From Alloascoidea hylecoeti (lineage: Eukaryota), in NCBI GenBank assembly GCA_001600815.1, contig BCKZ01000001.1:1-64000 (forward strand): DNA of 64,000 bases, in the 5' to 3' direction. Below the pieces are notes generated by a model. It saw nothing but the letters and a program-made list of their open reading frames with translations. It ran no database searches and was not told where the DNA came from. Positions within the stretch are counted from its first letter, which is position 1. The number at the start of each line of letters is the position of its first letter. The translations under genes were made by a program, and so were the position numbers. Positions 51,430-64,000 of this stretch are shown piece after piece.

Positions 51430-52080
51430 TATCATTTCTTATACTGTACATTCCAATCTTTTCTGCTTAATTGAATCGTCCTTGGGGGTTCCCGACCACC
51501 GGAGATATTTCTATAAATTTTAGTATAAAAGATAAACCGATTATGCGGAAAAAATATATGTTTATGAGATCTACAACTTTTTTGGAGTTGGATCCAATAG
51601 ACGAGTATAGAGGAAGCTGCGAGTAGTTGTTGATGTAGTGATAACGGAAGTTGAGACTCTTGAACCAGAGGTTCCAAATGTTGATCCAGCACGGCTTTGG
51701 CACGCAGCAGATACTAAATCGCCCAAGGAAGGCAATTTATTAAGTTTTTGCTTTTCCCAATTAAATATAGCTAGTTGTAGAAGTCGGTGGTGTCGTGATA
51801 GATAATCGGCAGCGATATTCAGATGCCCCATTTTAAAGGTAATCATGTAATTATATTGAGATAGAATTTCAACATATCTATTATGCCGTTGATAAAAGAG
51901 AGGTTTGTACTGAATTTTCATTTAATTTGTCTTTATACTCTTGTTGAGTATATTGATTCTATTAGATTGCCAATTAATATATAGGACAACTTGAATTGAC
52001 ACACCAAGATTCTAAAGCCGCAAAACTACCATCAGTCAAGCAAGTATATTTTTAAGATTTTCCTTTTGTTCTCAAGTTTA
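51430..52080 (-). mobile_element. Ty3/gypsy pol relic (RNase H region)
   Basis: LTDGSFAALE (~52015-52045; cf. TDAS) and RHNRYVEILSQYNYMITFKMGHLNIAADYLSR, the gypsy RNase H C-terminal signature. Confidence 0.8.
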
Positions 52081-53783
52081 TACTGTTAATTATTACCAGT
52101 AACAAATAGCTTAAGCAGCTACTTCCACGTCCATCAATAGAGATGATGATGTTTTTTATTTATTTATTCGTTTATTAATTGATAAAATTAATGCCATCAT
52201 TTTATTAGTATTCTGGAAAGATTTAAAAATTGTGTCTGGAACTAATAATTGATGCTTAATTATAAAATTAAATGATAATCAATAATCTGATCTTTTCACT
52301 GACTGGATTTATGGATATTTATATGGGGTTGCAGTTATTAAACACACATTTACTTGATTTTCAAATAAGCCTTCCAAGCTTTACCCCTTACATGATAGCT
52401 ACCGAAGTTGCTGACTCTTAGATCTGCCTTTCTTTATATAACATGGATATTCTAAAAACAACCTGAAATCAGATTAAAGAGACTATGTATAATAATAAAG
52501 GACTCAGATATGTCATGGTTATCGTTACTGATAAGAAATTATACTAATTACAATATGTAGGCCGATTTATTTATCAACAAACCATTAATTGAAATAAACA
52601 TATTACGTTGGGGAAAAATAAATGAAAGCATTGACCTCATTCTCGAAACCTCTTTAAAATCTTTCGTAGGTATTAACAGGTGCTTCATTTTTTACCCCAT
52701 TTTTGTATAACTTTATATTTAAGAATTTAATACAGTTGGAACCGAACAAATCTAGCAAAAAATAATGTTAAGAGGTCATGATCATTAGTTCTATTTCTCA
52801 TTATCTATGATCTTGAATTAAGGGAAAATAAATTCATCAACTTCCGAGATAATTTTGATAATTTGAAGGGGGCATTGATTATGAAAATATTAGGCTTTAT
52901 ATAGAATTCAATCGTGGTTGTTATTATTAGATTTTCCAGTTGGTTACCATGGCAGTTCCGATGACGAAGACGACTGGTATACCGAAGATTAAACTAGAAT
53001 TTAAAAAGATGGTAATGCATCGAAATATATAGCTTTTTTTGAAGACCTCTCAAGTTTTTGAGAGAGCTTGGGCATGTTTTGTGAGACATAAAGGTGACCG
53101 AATATTTAATGCATAGTGGCCGAAAACAAGTGAGATTCTTAGTCAAATATTATTACATAGTGTAGTCGAATTATTAATATAATATGTGGGTGTATAGTTT
53201 CTAAGCCGCAGGCGAATATGTAGGTTGACAACGAAAAACATTATACCTAATGTTTTAGTAGGAAGTTCCGGGAAATAAGCACCCCATAAAGTCCAATACT
53301 AGTTAAAAAACACAATTACTACTTTTTGTTAGGTAATACCAAGAGTATTTTGGATAACTAGGTTTGTTTGATTGATTCTTCTATTTTGAGTGAGATAAAA
53401 GCTTTCTGTGTCTAAGTTAAAAGGATAATTGCTCAATTCGAACAAGGTATTGAGTGTTAGAGATTTCAAGTGATCTACGTACAATATACCTGGAAAGAGA
53501 CTGGCTTGTGGTTAACGTTAGTTCATTTTTAACATCAATCTACATTTACTTGGGTTTAAGACACACTTGAAAAGGACTATACAATGATTAGTAAGCAATA
53601 CCAAGCAATTAAAAATCTTGCAATCGATATTAATGTAGCTAGATCATTTTTAATTTATTTTTCATTTGAATATATCGATATCGCTTTTGAAGGCCTACAA
53701 TTACAAGAAATGCCAAAGCACTCAAACACTTAATCAATATGAAAATAAAATCATTATTATTTAACTAACATATATTAATGGTA

Positions 53784-55490
53784 TTAAACTTGTGGCGCAT
53801 TTTCAACGACCTGTTGAGAAGCAGCACTATTAGTTCTTGTTCTCTTTCTCATTTCCCAAATTCTATCACCTATAAATTCAACATCACCACCATTATTTTC
53901 CTTTTGTTGGCGCTTTCTTTCTTTAGAAATTCTAACAGATTTCTTGATATTGAAACCATCTTTTAATACTTCTTGTGTTTCCTCCAATTCCATATTAGAT
54001 AATTCTGGAAAACAAAAATAAACGAAAATTAAACTTAAGAAAGAAATACCAGCAAAAAATGCAAATGTTCCTGTTGGTGTTATATTTTCCATCATTGTTA
54101 AGAAAGTAGCAGCAATAATTAACGATCCAGCCCAATTTACCATACATGAGTATGATGAACCAAGACTACGAACAGACATTGGAAATAATTCTGATTGTTG
54201 CCATGGAACAGCTCCAACACCTATGGCATAAAATGCAACATATAACATCATAGATACAATAATCAAGACACCCCATCCTGTAATTTTGCTTGATTGAACA
54301 ACCGCCGAGTTATCCACAAACTTAATGTTCATAAAGTGAAACGCAATAGAACATAATACCAACGCTACAATCATACCATATAGAGATATAATCATAGATA
54401 ACCTTCTTCCAATTCTGTCAATTAGAAAGAATACAACAAGAGTGAATGCGAAACTTGTTCCTGCAACAATGATTGAAACAGCTGTAGCATCACTAAATCC
54501 AATAGTCTTGAATATCGTAGAACTGAAATACATTAAAGAGTTAAAACCAGTGAATTGATTGATACCTTGTAGACCACAACCAATTATAAGAGCTCTAAAG
54601 TTAGAAGGTACTGTATGAATTTCTTTTATCATCTTAAAAACCTTTTTCCAAGGTGGGGTATTAGGAGCGAAAATACTTTTAGTTTGTTCAATTAATTCTT
54701 CAACTTTCATGTTTATATCTTGAGCGTTAGCCCCCTTATGAGTTCTAGCAATTACATCTCTTGCTTTATCTAACTGACCAACCTTTACAAGGTATCTTGG
54801 AGAGTCTGGAAGCCAAAATAATAGAATGAATTGGAGAGTAGTTGGAATCATTGATATACCCACAAGAATTCTCCAACCACCATCCATGGGTTCAAGTGCA
54901 GCACCAACACCGTAAGATAGTAACTGTGCTCCGGTTCTGATTATGGATGCCATTATAACCAATCTTCCTCTATATTGGGGTGGGGAAAGTTCAGTAATAT
55001 ATAAAGGTGCAATGACTGATCCTATACCAACACCCCAACCCATAATAAAACGACCACCGATCATTTCCCAAACTCTATGCGAACCACATTGAACACCAGC
55101 ACCAGAAATAAAAAATACATTAGCACCCATTGTGACCTTCTTTCTACCAAATTGATCAGCGAGCCAAAATGTGATAGCAGATCCAAGAAATGCTCCGAGG
55201 GATGTAGCAGATGTTATTAATTCTTGCTCACCATAACTTAATTCCTTATTATCAAGATCTGTTCTAATTGAAACCAAAGCTGATGAAATATAACCTGTAT
55301 CATAACCAAACATCAAATGTGATACAGAAGCTACTACCACTAATAAGATTAAAAGTGCAGATGGTTTGCTATTTCCTAATTCTCTACTAACATAATCTGA
55401 GTCAGATAATGGTACTATATCACTTCTTTTTTCTGATGATTTTTTATTTTCATCATAATGCGATTGACTATCGTTTAAATTTAGTTCCAT
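53784..55490 (-). CDS. Myo-inositol transporter (Itr1/Itr2 family, MFS)
   Basis: MFGYDTGYISSALVSI, ELITSATSLGA, ADQFGRK, PLYITELSP..RGRL, PDSPRY, SNFRALIIGCGLQGINQFTGFNSLMYFS, VPWQQSELFP, PELSNMELEE. Confidence 0.93.
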   Translation of the reverse strand: MELNLNDSQSHYDENKKSSEKRSDIVPLSDSDYVSRELGNSKPSALLILLVVVASVSHLMFGYDTGYISSALVSIRTDLDNKELSYGEQELITSATSLGAFLGSAITFWLADQFGRKKVTMGANVFFISGAGVQCGSHRVWEMIGGRFIMGWGVGIGSVIAPLYITELSPPQYRGRLVIMASIIRTGAQLLSYGVGAALEPMDGGWRILVGISMIPTTLQFILLFWLPDSPRYLVKVGQLDKARDVIARTHKGANAQDINMKVEELIEQTKSIFAPNTPPWKKVFKMIKEIHTVPSNFRALIIGCGLQGINQFTGFNSLMYFSSTIFKTIGFSDATAVSIIVAGTSFAFTLVVFFLIDRIGRRLSMIISLYGMIVALVLCSIAFHFMNIKFVDNSAVVQSSKITGWGVLIIVSMMLYVAFYAIGVGAVPWQQSELFPMSVRSLGSSYSCMVNWAGSLIIAATFLTMMENITPTGTFAFFAGISFLSLIFVYFCFPELSNMELEETQEVLKDGFNIKKSVRISKERKRQQKENNGGDVEFIGDRIWEMRKRTRTNSAASQQVVENAPQV

Positions 55491-56404
55491 TTATATCTTT
55501 AGCAGTAATATTAATTAAAAACTTTAATAGTAACTGTTAGGCAATTGCTGTGTCTCTCAAATGAGAATAGAAACTGAGATGTATCTCTAAAATATGATAT
55601 GAGGTGGAATAGAGAGGCATTTATATATTGGTGCAGAAAAATATTCCGGTTAATCAGAATTATGTGATAAGTTCATATGTAATTATATAATTATAATATG
55701 TCTCAGTAGTATCTTGAATAAATAATAATATGCTTAAATGGCATTATGCTTATATGACATATTTTTATCTGAAGTCATATACATAAAGTTTATGAAATCT
55801 GCCCATTAATTGTAATATCTTTAATTACAGCTTAAGAGTTATAAGTTTACCATCAAATAGACTTGATATCGGAGTCCTAAGTATTTCCTTAATATCTAAT
55901 TCAAATACTTAGCTCTGGATTAACAAAAAAGTCGATATTAATAAATTTTTATGGCCTATCTCCCATTAGTAATTAGATTTTAAATTTTTAATTATATTGG
56001 ATAGCCGTTCAAGTAGGAATAAATATATATTAATGTCTCCAGATTTATTCCAACAGAGTTCAGATCAACTTTTCCTCCGTATTAACTACCCGTCTTGGAA
56101 GTCAGTATTAATTATTGACAATAATATCCAAATATATTTGCAAAGTGTGGGGGCATGGTGGTGGAAGAATATTACTTCTGATTCTTATGATTGGCTATAG
56201 TAAGCTATGCTATATTATATAGAAATACAAGTATTCTATAGTTTAGTAATCTTATTAGCCTTATAGGCCCTACATGCTTAAGCCATCGTTACAACGTTAA
56301 TTATAATACTCCAGTTGAATTACTGTAAAAATCGAATTACAAATAGTAAACAGTAAGGTAGTTTTTTAGATTTGAATAGAGATGGATTTCCAAGAATTTT
56401 GGAT

Positions 56405-56575
56405 ATATTCATTATCATTTTATTATCATTATCGTTTTATTATCATTATTAATTTTATTATTATTACTATTCAAGAAACCACTTTTACTTTTATTTTTAT
56501 TATCATTTTATCGGATTATCATTTGTTATTATCAGTATCAGGTTTCAAAGTTTCATTATCATTATATTTTTATTT
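56405..56575. repeat. Degenerate AT-rich minisatellite (TTATCA/TTTTAT-type units)
   Basis: Repeated TTATCATTTTAT / TTATTATCA units. Confidence 0.6.
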
Positions 56576-57344
56576 CCGCATTAAGTAATGCAGGTTATAG
56601 TGGGAAACATAATAAAAAAAGAGGGGTAAGGCTTCGATATTGTGGGGGAAATAATTTTAGCATGGGGTTTGATCTGATAAATGGAATCAACTTATAATAT
56701 CGTGTCATAGTGGTAGAATTTATCCGCCTATTTTTGAATTTGTTATTAAAATATAATACATTGTGAGTTCTATTAGCGAAATATTCGGGAAATGTTTAGT
56801 AAATGAATGGTGTTTAAGGATGTGATTAATCTGCTAATAGTTTAAATATCAACGTGACGAAGATCTATAAATTTTCGAAGTTATTTACGTAAATGACATT
56901 GTGTTTATGATACAAAAATTTCGTTTAATTATGGAAACAGGATAAAAATCGTACGTCTAGGATTTTACAGCGGAAATGTGTCACCACATAAAATAATAGA
57001 TATTTTCGATATCTAGAGAATATTAATAGCGACCAATGAATATACATAAGAATAAAATTCATAGTTACATGGATATTAACGTTTCATTACAAGAGTGGCT
57101 AGTAATTCAGGTCTTCTATTCGTATATGTAGATTTCCTTAGTAGTGTGATTACTGTTATCATGGGTTGCTAATCAGCTCACAACTACTTTGAACTTTCTA
57201 AGATCTGTGTATTTCCTCCTTGTTGGGGTGTTCTTGGGACAGGGTATTTGATATCAATCCTAAAGTATAAGAGTTTTTGATATCTCATTTCATTTTTCTT
57301 AACTAATATCGTTGTTTTAGCACCAGGCTCATAATTATAGCCTA

Positions 57345-57720
57345 TGAAAGAATCATGTTGGAACAGTTACACAAAAAAGTGGCACAATCCAGAAATTCAG
57401 AATACAACTTGCTTAAACTTGATAAAGAAAAGATAGTTTTGAAATGCAACTGGTCAGAGAATACATATCGAAGACCATATATTTTCGCGACGATAATAGC
57501 TAAAATTCTTTAATATGCAGAGACCTATTCTAGATTTAGAGTTCACAATGATCGATAAATAAACAGTTCGATTACCACACTCAAGAATCCAGATCCATTG
57601 TAAAACAAAATAATTAAGTAAGGGTAGGAGAGACATGGCAAAAATGTTTAATGAAGATCAAGCAGGTTTTGATCAGAAACAAGGTATAAAAGAAGAGGCA
57701 CCTCTCCAACTTTGAGCTGA
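57345..57720 (+). mobile_element. Possible C-terminal relic of a Mutator/MULE transposase
   Basis: LEQLHK/KWH (one frameshift), LKNPDPL../KGR and KKRHLSNFELK follow the order of the fungal MULE tail motifs (HPHW, DP...KGRP, RRDPSxFE). Confidence 0.35.
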
Positions 57721-59307
57721 AAATAAAAGGTACCAATTAAAAAACCAGGTATCAATATGTCAGGATAATGTATTAGGATAAGTACTCTATCTATCCTAAA
57801 TATCTGGTGAATTTGCATATTTTTGTTATGTTAATGGTTATTTTAGTAAACAGTTATTCTTATATATCATGGCCAAGAACAACAATGTATGCACATCTCC
57901 GGATCCTGTTGTGATTTCTACAGTTGCAAGTATTTTCTGCATCAATCTCAAAATGAAAAATTACAGTTTTCGCATTTGCTTTAGTTACTTGTAAGTATTC
58001 TTTGATTAACTTTTGTTTTGTCTTCAATAATTTAACTTCTATTTTATAATCAAATATTTTAGTTCTCCAAATATAATCTCTAATAATTAAATCAGAAATA
58101 TGTAGTATATATGATGGGAACCTTTATTCCAACTTCAGTATATTCTCTTCAATATCACCATCTAAATCACCTACTACTTTACTACTTCAATATTTCTGAA
58201 ATCTTTTTCTTAATATCTGATACTTCCTTATTGTTTATGGAATTCAAATCTCAATATTTTCGGGTAATAAATAAAAAAAGGTCTCAATAAATTATTATCA
58301 AGAACACTATTATCATTTGAAGTTATTATTTTGCAAATTCATCTAATAAACGTTTAATTGGATCAGGATTCAGGAATATCATTCTTAGATAAATCGTCTT
58401 CAATCTCCATATTACGCTTCGAATTCAAATAGTCTTGAAAATGTTAGAAGATTATTATATAATAACGCTGGAGAATCGAAACTACTCAAAAGCAGTTTCT
58501 ACAAAATTGGACCATGGAGGTCTGCACAATGCTCTCCATAAGGAATAGTTGATACGAACATTTGCAAATAATCAAGTTTATTGAGGATACTTTTTTCTTT
58601 TTTTCTTATTACTTGTATCTAAGGTAGAAATAACCAATGAATTTTCTTTAATAGGGATCATATCCACAGTGACAGTATAATATTCAATGGTGATTACTTC
58701 TAAAAAAATTTATGTTACCTTGTGTCGCAATATTTATGTCTCGTTCCTCAGTGTCCCATGTCAGTTCAGTGTTCCTTAGTGAACTAACTACAATACAATT
58801 TATAATAAGGATATAAAAACTACAAAATTCAGCAGATGTGTAACTATGACATATAACTTATGTAGCTTGTTATATATTTGAGATTATATAACTTAACGAA
58901 TCTGAAAGATTTTGATCAAGTCACTTATGGTTTAGAGCTTCAGAGTATCATAATATCACGATCAGTCGTATTATAAGATTACCAAACCTCTTATATCAGT
59001 GTAATAAAGTTTGTAAGCTATAACCAATATTAATGAAGGAAATTCATTCGAATTCATAATAAGTGTCTTAATTATTAAAAAGTATAAGAACCTATAAGAA
59101 TGTAAGACAATTAGTACCATAATTTTTATAAAAACTAATAAAATCAATTAATACAACATCTAATAGGTAAAGTGAATATTATCACAAATTTTTTTCTTTT
59201 AAAAAATAACCTCGATCACAAAACCAAAAAAACCACAACATCATAAAAAAATACTTATTTATATATCATCTCTTTTTTTTAAAAATTTTTCTACAATATA
59301 TAAATCA

Positions 59308-61029
59308 TCATAATTTATCTTCTTTATTCATAGCTTCAATGTTCTTACTACTTTCAGAATTTGTTTCAACTTCAGAAATTTCATTCCCTTCTATACTTGT
59401 AATTTCATCCTCTTCAGCAGGAATAATTAAATTTAATATAACAGCAACAAGACCACTGACAGCATAACCGGTTTCCAAAACCAATACAATAGCATTCATG
59501 AAACCTTTTAAAGCATGATTATTACCAGAATATGTAAAAACATAACTAAACCATGTTGGTACAAGAGTTGCACCAAAACCAAAAAGTAAAGTACCTGTTA
59601 AAACAAATCTATCTCTTCTTGAAAAACTTGATCTACCAATAATTGATAAACCAGCAACTGCAACTGATGTAAATAAAAATGTTGTCATACCTCCTAAAAC
59701 TGCTTTTGGAATTGCAACTAATGCAGCTGCAAATTTTGAAAAGATACCCATTATAATTAAAAAGAAACAACACCAATAACCTGCCATTCTATTGGCACAT
59801 TTAGTTAAAGAAATAACACCATTATTTTGAGCAAATGTTGACATTGGAGTAACGGTCATTAAACCAGAAAGTAAACCATTTAAACCATCAGCAAGTACAC
59901 CACCTTGAATTCTTGATTCATATTCACGACCTTCAACAGGTAATCTGGAAACATCGGAAGTAGCGGTAATATCACCAATTGCTTCCATCATCAAAACAAT
60001 ATATACAGCTAAAAAAGGTAAAACTGCCGGTCCATATACACCTAATTTAAAAGTTGTAGTCCAAATAAAAGTTGCAGCAGGAGCAGCATCAATACCAGAT
60101 CTATCAAAATAGTTACAGGCACCAGCTACGATACAACCAACTAATAGACCGCAAACCACAGCACAAGATTTCATAATTGGTGAGCCCCATTTTTCACAAA
60201 TGATAATTGTAACAAATACTAAGAAACCTAAACCTATAAATTCAGCAGAACCCCATGGTAATGGATGTGGAGCACTTGTACTAGGACACATTGAATAAGA
60301 ACCAGTAGAAGGTCTAGTCATACAATCACCTGAACCACCAGCCCAATCTTCAAAACCAGATTGAATAAGACTAACACCAATAATTAAAACTACAGGACCA
60401 GTAACAATTGGAGGAAAAACTTTTTGCAATGCAGCAGCTGGCATAAATGATAATAAAATTTCAATGAGAGAACATACACAAGCAGTTCCAAGTATTAAGC
60501 CATAACCATCAGGACAACTTAATTTAGTTCCATCAGAATCTAATTTGCAAATTCCAGAATCATACATTTGTGGTAAAGCACCAGTTATAATTGTAATTGT
60601 TGCAAATGAAGTGCCTACAACAGAAAGTAAACCTGTTCCAATATAATAAGGAGTTCTCCAAATATGAAATCTTGTAATTTGAATACACGATAAAATTCCT
60701 GATACAATCAAAGAAGAAGACACAAGATATTGTTGTTCAGTTGTATTTAATCCAGCAGCTGATGCAATAATAAGAGGAGGAGTAATAACACCCGCTAACA
60801 TAGATAAAGAATGCTGAAGACCTAAAATGAACCCAAGAACTAGTGGCATTTCAGCATCTAGACTAAAAAATGGAGAAATTTTCGGTTTCTTTGATATGAA
60901 AGGAATCGAAGGGATAAATAAATAACCATAATCATAATCACCTAATAAACCATCTCTTGTTGATACTTTTCTAATAATTCGTCTGAAACGTGAACCAATG
61001 GATTCTTTGAGATTTATATTGTCGACCAT
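59308..61029 (-). CDS. Uric acid-xanthine permease (NAT/NCS2, UapA/UapC-like)
   Basis: LGLQHSLSMLAG, GTGLLSVVGTSF, EAIGDITATSDVS, NAT signature TFAQNNGVISLT. Confidence 0.95.
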   Translation of the reverse strand: MVDNINLKESIGSRFRRIIRKVSTRDGLLGDYDYGYLFIPSIPFISKKPKISPFFSLDAEMPLVLGFILGLQHSLSMLAGVITPPLIIASAAGLNTTEQQYLVSSSLIVSGILSCIQITRFHIWRTPYYIGTGLLSVVGTSFATITIITGALPQMYDSGICKLDSDGTKLSCPDGYGLILGTACVCSLIEILLSFMPAAALQKVFPPIVTGPVVLIIGVSLIQSGFEDWAGGSGDCMTRPSTGSYSMCPSTSAPHPLPWGSAEFIGLGFLVFVTIIICEKWGSPIMKSCAVVCGLLVGCIVAGACNYFDRSGIDAAPAATFIWTTTFKLGVYGPAVLPFLAVYIVLMMEAIGDITATSDVSRLPVEGREYESRIQGGVLADGLNGLLSGLMTVTPMSTFAQNNGVISLTKCANRMAGYWCCFFLIIMGIFSKFAAALVAIPKAVLGGMTTFLFTSVAVAGLSIIGRSSFSRRDRFVLTGTLLFGFGATLVPTWFSYVFTYSGNNHALKGFMNAIVLVLETGYAVSGLVAVILNLIIPAEEDEITSIEGNEISEVETNSESSKNIEAMNKEDKL

Positions 61030-62665
61030 TATATATCTGATTATATGGTATTAATTATTGATAACGATAATATCAAGGTAATCTTGATTTTATAAAGACT
61101 AAGTGGTTATGACACTTATTTCGAAATTTAAATGTATTTGGGTTGAGAAGAAAAATAAATGAGGAAAAAAAGACTTATATATAATTATCTACGTGTAAAG
61201 TATCCGCGAATTTTTTTTAATGTGATATTAACATTAGTTAGTCAATTAGAAATGAAGGTTTAAATTGTGAGAGTTAAAATCTTTTCAGCATAGTAATTAT
61301 ACTGATAAAGCGCCTATGCATGGGGATTTACTCTATCTAATCAACACTTGAAAATATAATTAGCACACGACTTATAATATAATTGGCTTGTTTGGGTTAA
61401 TTTGCTTATTTATTGCTTGTTTATCGAAAAATTGTAACAATAATTAACGAAACGCCGCCGGGAATTTTACTTTAAGGCCCCGGCAAGTTACTTACAATGA
61501 TGCACGTGCGTGTGCATGTTCATAAGCTTCCTCGGCGGTCACTTGGCAATAGCCAATTATTCTACTTGAATTTGCTCGACATACAGCAATGTGGAACACA
61601 ACCATCCAAGATTATACCATACAGATAATATCGACAAATCCGGGGGTTTCTATGATAAATTGATACTCTGAAGTCTTATTCAGTATCTGAACAATTATTT
61701 CCTCATATCATATGTCCATTGGTAGGGCCGTGGAACCCATATATGATGGAAATCACAAGGATCTGTTCGAATTTGTAGTGATATCCATATCGATATGCAT
61801 ATCATATCAATATTATGCGTCTTTATCGGCCATGACTAATTACTAAATATATTAATAATAGTCATAATACTCTAAATTTTAGCGTCAATAATTATAACAT
61901 TGTATTGAACTTCCTTTTCTTAAGCCTCCTCTCTATTAGATTAGTCTCTGATACATCGCATATTATACCCCAGGAATAGCAATTAATAGTTTTAAAATTG
62001 TACGTTCTGTTCCACAATATGTATAATAGAGCCTTATATATATTGTCTTAAAATTTAGCAGGAAGATGATCAAGATAAACTTAAGGTTATATATTTTTTT
62101 GTGTTATCCATTTTCAATCAGTAATTCTTTATGCTTGAATAATTTCAATCAATGGGCATCTCAAACTATATTTTAACTACTACGATTGCTACCTGATCAT
62201 AAATTAAACGTGAAATATTACGATTATCAAGATCTATAATGATAATGCTAGCTATGTTAAATTTAATAATTTTTTGTATAATTTTACCATTTTACATAAA
62301 CTGGTTCGGCTTATTCATTTCGCATACGAGATCCATTAAAAAAAAAAAGAATGTGTGGCTTCAATAATAGTAGCGTCAAAGATAAGAAAGTTTATATCGA
62401 TAAGACTAATTGGGTAATTGAAATGTCGGGGTTTGCCGTCACACTAAATTCTGAATCTCCGTTACCGGTTAGTAGCCGAATAAAAAGTCTTTAAATTTCG
62501 TTAACTTAGAGACACATTTTCAATATAATAATTAAAATATATTGTAAGGTGATACACTTACTTTTTGATAAGAAATTTAAAAATTAATCGACAGAATTCA
62601 AATAAACATTCGGACTTAATATGCGAAATTGAAAAAAGTAAGAGGGAAATAATGAGCGCTAGCCA

Positions 62666-63125
62666 TGTTGTTATCATGTATACTCGCTGAGTGTGTAGTA
62701 GACTCTGCTTTCATATCCACAACTCTGCATATGGTTCCTTGCCCTTACCGACCCTTTCTACTTCACTCACGCTGTAAATAGTTTCTTACGAAGATGCAGT
62801 GATATGGTGGACAAAGTTGATAATCTGACTTTTAAGCAGATGAGTATGATGGAAGATTCATCAAACAATTCGAAGTAGAAGGAAAAAGTGAAGGATAAAT
62901 CCTCTATTATACTCATCTGCTAACAAGTCAGATTATCAACTTTGTCCACCATATCACTTAGAGTGTTCGATCTAGATGTTTTCCTTCAATTTTTTTTTAA
63001 TTTATTTTAGTAATACTCAAAATGTTTGTTTGTTTGTAATATTTCAAAACAATTATTTTGAAATCTTAATCGCATTTGATGGTCTTATTTGTATTATTAG
63101 ATTGTAGAGTTAAATTATAACAACA
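62666..63125. repeat. Candidate solo LTR (~460 bp)
   Basis: Perfect 9-bp inverted termini TGTTGTTAT..ATAACAACA (Ty1/copia TGTTG..CAACA type). The 5-bp flanks AGCCA and CGTAA do not match as a TSD. Confidence 0.4.
62798..62958. repeat. Long inverted repeat: 65-bp arms, 31-bp spacer
   Basis: Arms 62798-62862 and 62894-62958; outer 34 bp perfectly complementary, 6 mismatches in the inner 31 bp. Confidence 0.95.
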
Positions 63126-63199
63126 CGTAAAGTTGAATTATGTTTATATTGATTATTGAACTTTGTAAGTAAATATATTAAGACTAGTGCTGGATAAAA

Positions 63200-63850
63200 C
63201 TAAAGAAAAAGAATTCTTTATCAAAAGGCGAAAGATATCATTTATATATCTCAAACTAGAGCTTCATTCGATTTCCGCTAAATATAAATTAGTTTCCTCA
63301 AAACCCTAAATAAAACAATTAAGAAAGACTCAATATTTGTTCCAATTTTCCAATACATTTATCTAAACAATTTTCGAATATACATGTAGCACCAACTTGT
63401 GACACATTACCAAAATTTCCTAGCGCACGCTAAATAAGGTTTTTATATTTACTAATTATGACAGTGTTGTATGTGTTGATTGTGCCCATCAAAAGTGCAC
63501 AAATTTGCTTTATCATTTGACAATAAAATATACGATTGATTACCATCCTCAATATTAGTGACTAATTTAGATGATGAAACAAGATTGGAATCTAAACCGG
63601 GTACAAACAAGCAGTCTTCCAATTTAAGATTAACCAACTGTAAATGTACATCACCAGTGCCAATAATTTCTAATTGGGAACCATTATCAATGGTAAAGTA
63701 TTCGCGATGATTGGCTTCTTTATGATTCAAGAATGCAGAGCTATCTCCTGACATATGATCAGATGCACCTGAATCAAGTAACCAACTAGGACTAGTGATT
63801 TTTCCTATTTTTAAAGAATCAAAATGAGATAATTGAGCAAAGTGTATTGG
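63200..63850 (-). mobile_element. Ty1/copia relic (protease and start of integrase)
   Basis: WLLDSGASDHMSGD..IDNGSQLEIIGTGDV..LEDCLFVPGLDSNLVSSSKL is the copia protease domain; decays into stops downstream. Sequence is unlike the left-hand element, so a different family. Confidence 0.9.
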
Positions 63851-64000
63851 AACGTTTGGATGGAACTGGTGTAGATAAAGATTGATTAGGGTGACATTTG
63901 CTAGTCAAATGTTTGTAACTGGTACATCGAGCACAACCAGCCATAATATTGATGAATAAGAATTACTGCGTCTGGAGGTTGACGAAAGGTTCTTCGACAT

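Noticed and set aside
1..64000. Alternative genetic code (CUG reassignment), tRNA genes, CRISPR arrays
   Set aside because: Conserved genes translate cleanly with the standard code and CTG codons are too rare to test; the GTTCGA strings lack cloverleaf context; no spacer-repeat arrays.

Overview
AT-rich nuclear DNA from a budding yeast (Saccharomycotina-type genes). The many short spliceosomal introns, a dynactin p62 gene and a UapA/C-type permease suggest an early-diverging lineage; the species cannot be named from this window. Layout: (i) 0.1-4 kb, a decayed Ty1/copia element with PPT and a short 3' LTR, then a WD40 relic; (ii) 5-14.4 kb, F-box gene, TUP1, CSM1, LYAR-type Zn-finger gene, COX16, ILV3; (iii) a 6.3-kb gene-free gap between convergent ILV3 and KIN3 holding a multibranch fold-back, a duplicated motif block and a decayed ERG19/MVD1 fragment; (iv) 20.6-41.8 kb, a compact housekeeping block (KIN3, RRP40, probable RTT105, CLC1, RTT103, SRB2, PMT6, RNR1, SEC13, HRD3, dynactin p62, HCR1); (v) 42-64 kb, a gene-sparse accessory region with three transporters and a Zn2Cys6 factor among Tc1/mariner, Mutator-like, Ty3/gypsy and Ty1/copia relics and a 65-bp-arm hairpin. 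I reconstructed 18 introns by hand. No tRNA, rRNA or CRISPR was seen. All homology calls come from recognising motifs, not from database searches. I found no convincing new multi-gene system; the best leads are the ILV3-KIN3 gap, its structured element, the long hairpin and the DNA-transposon fossils.
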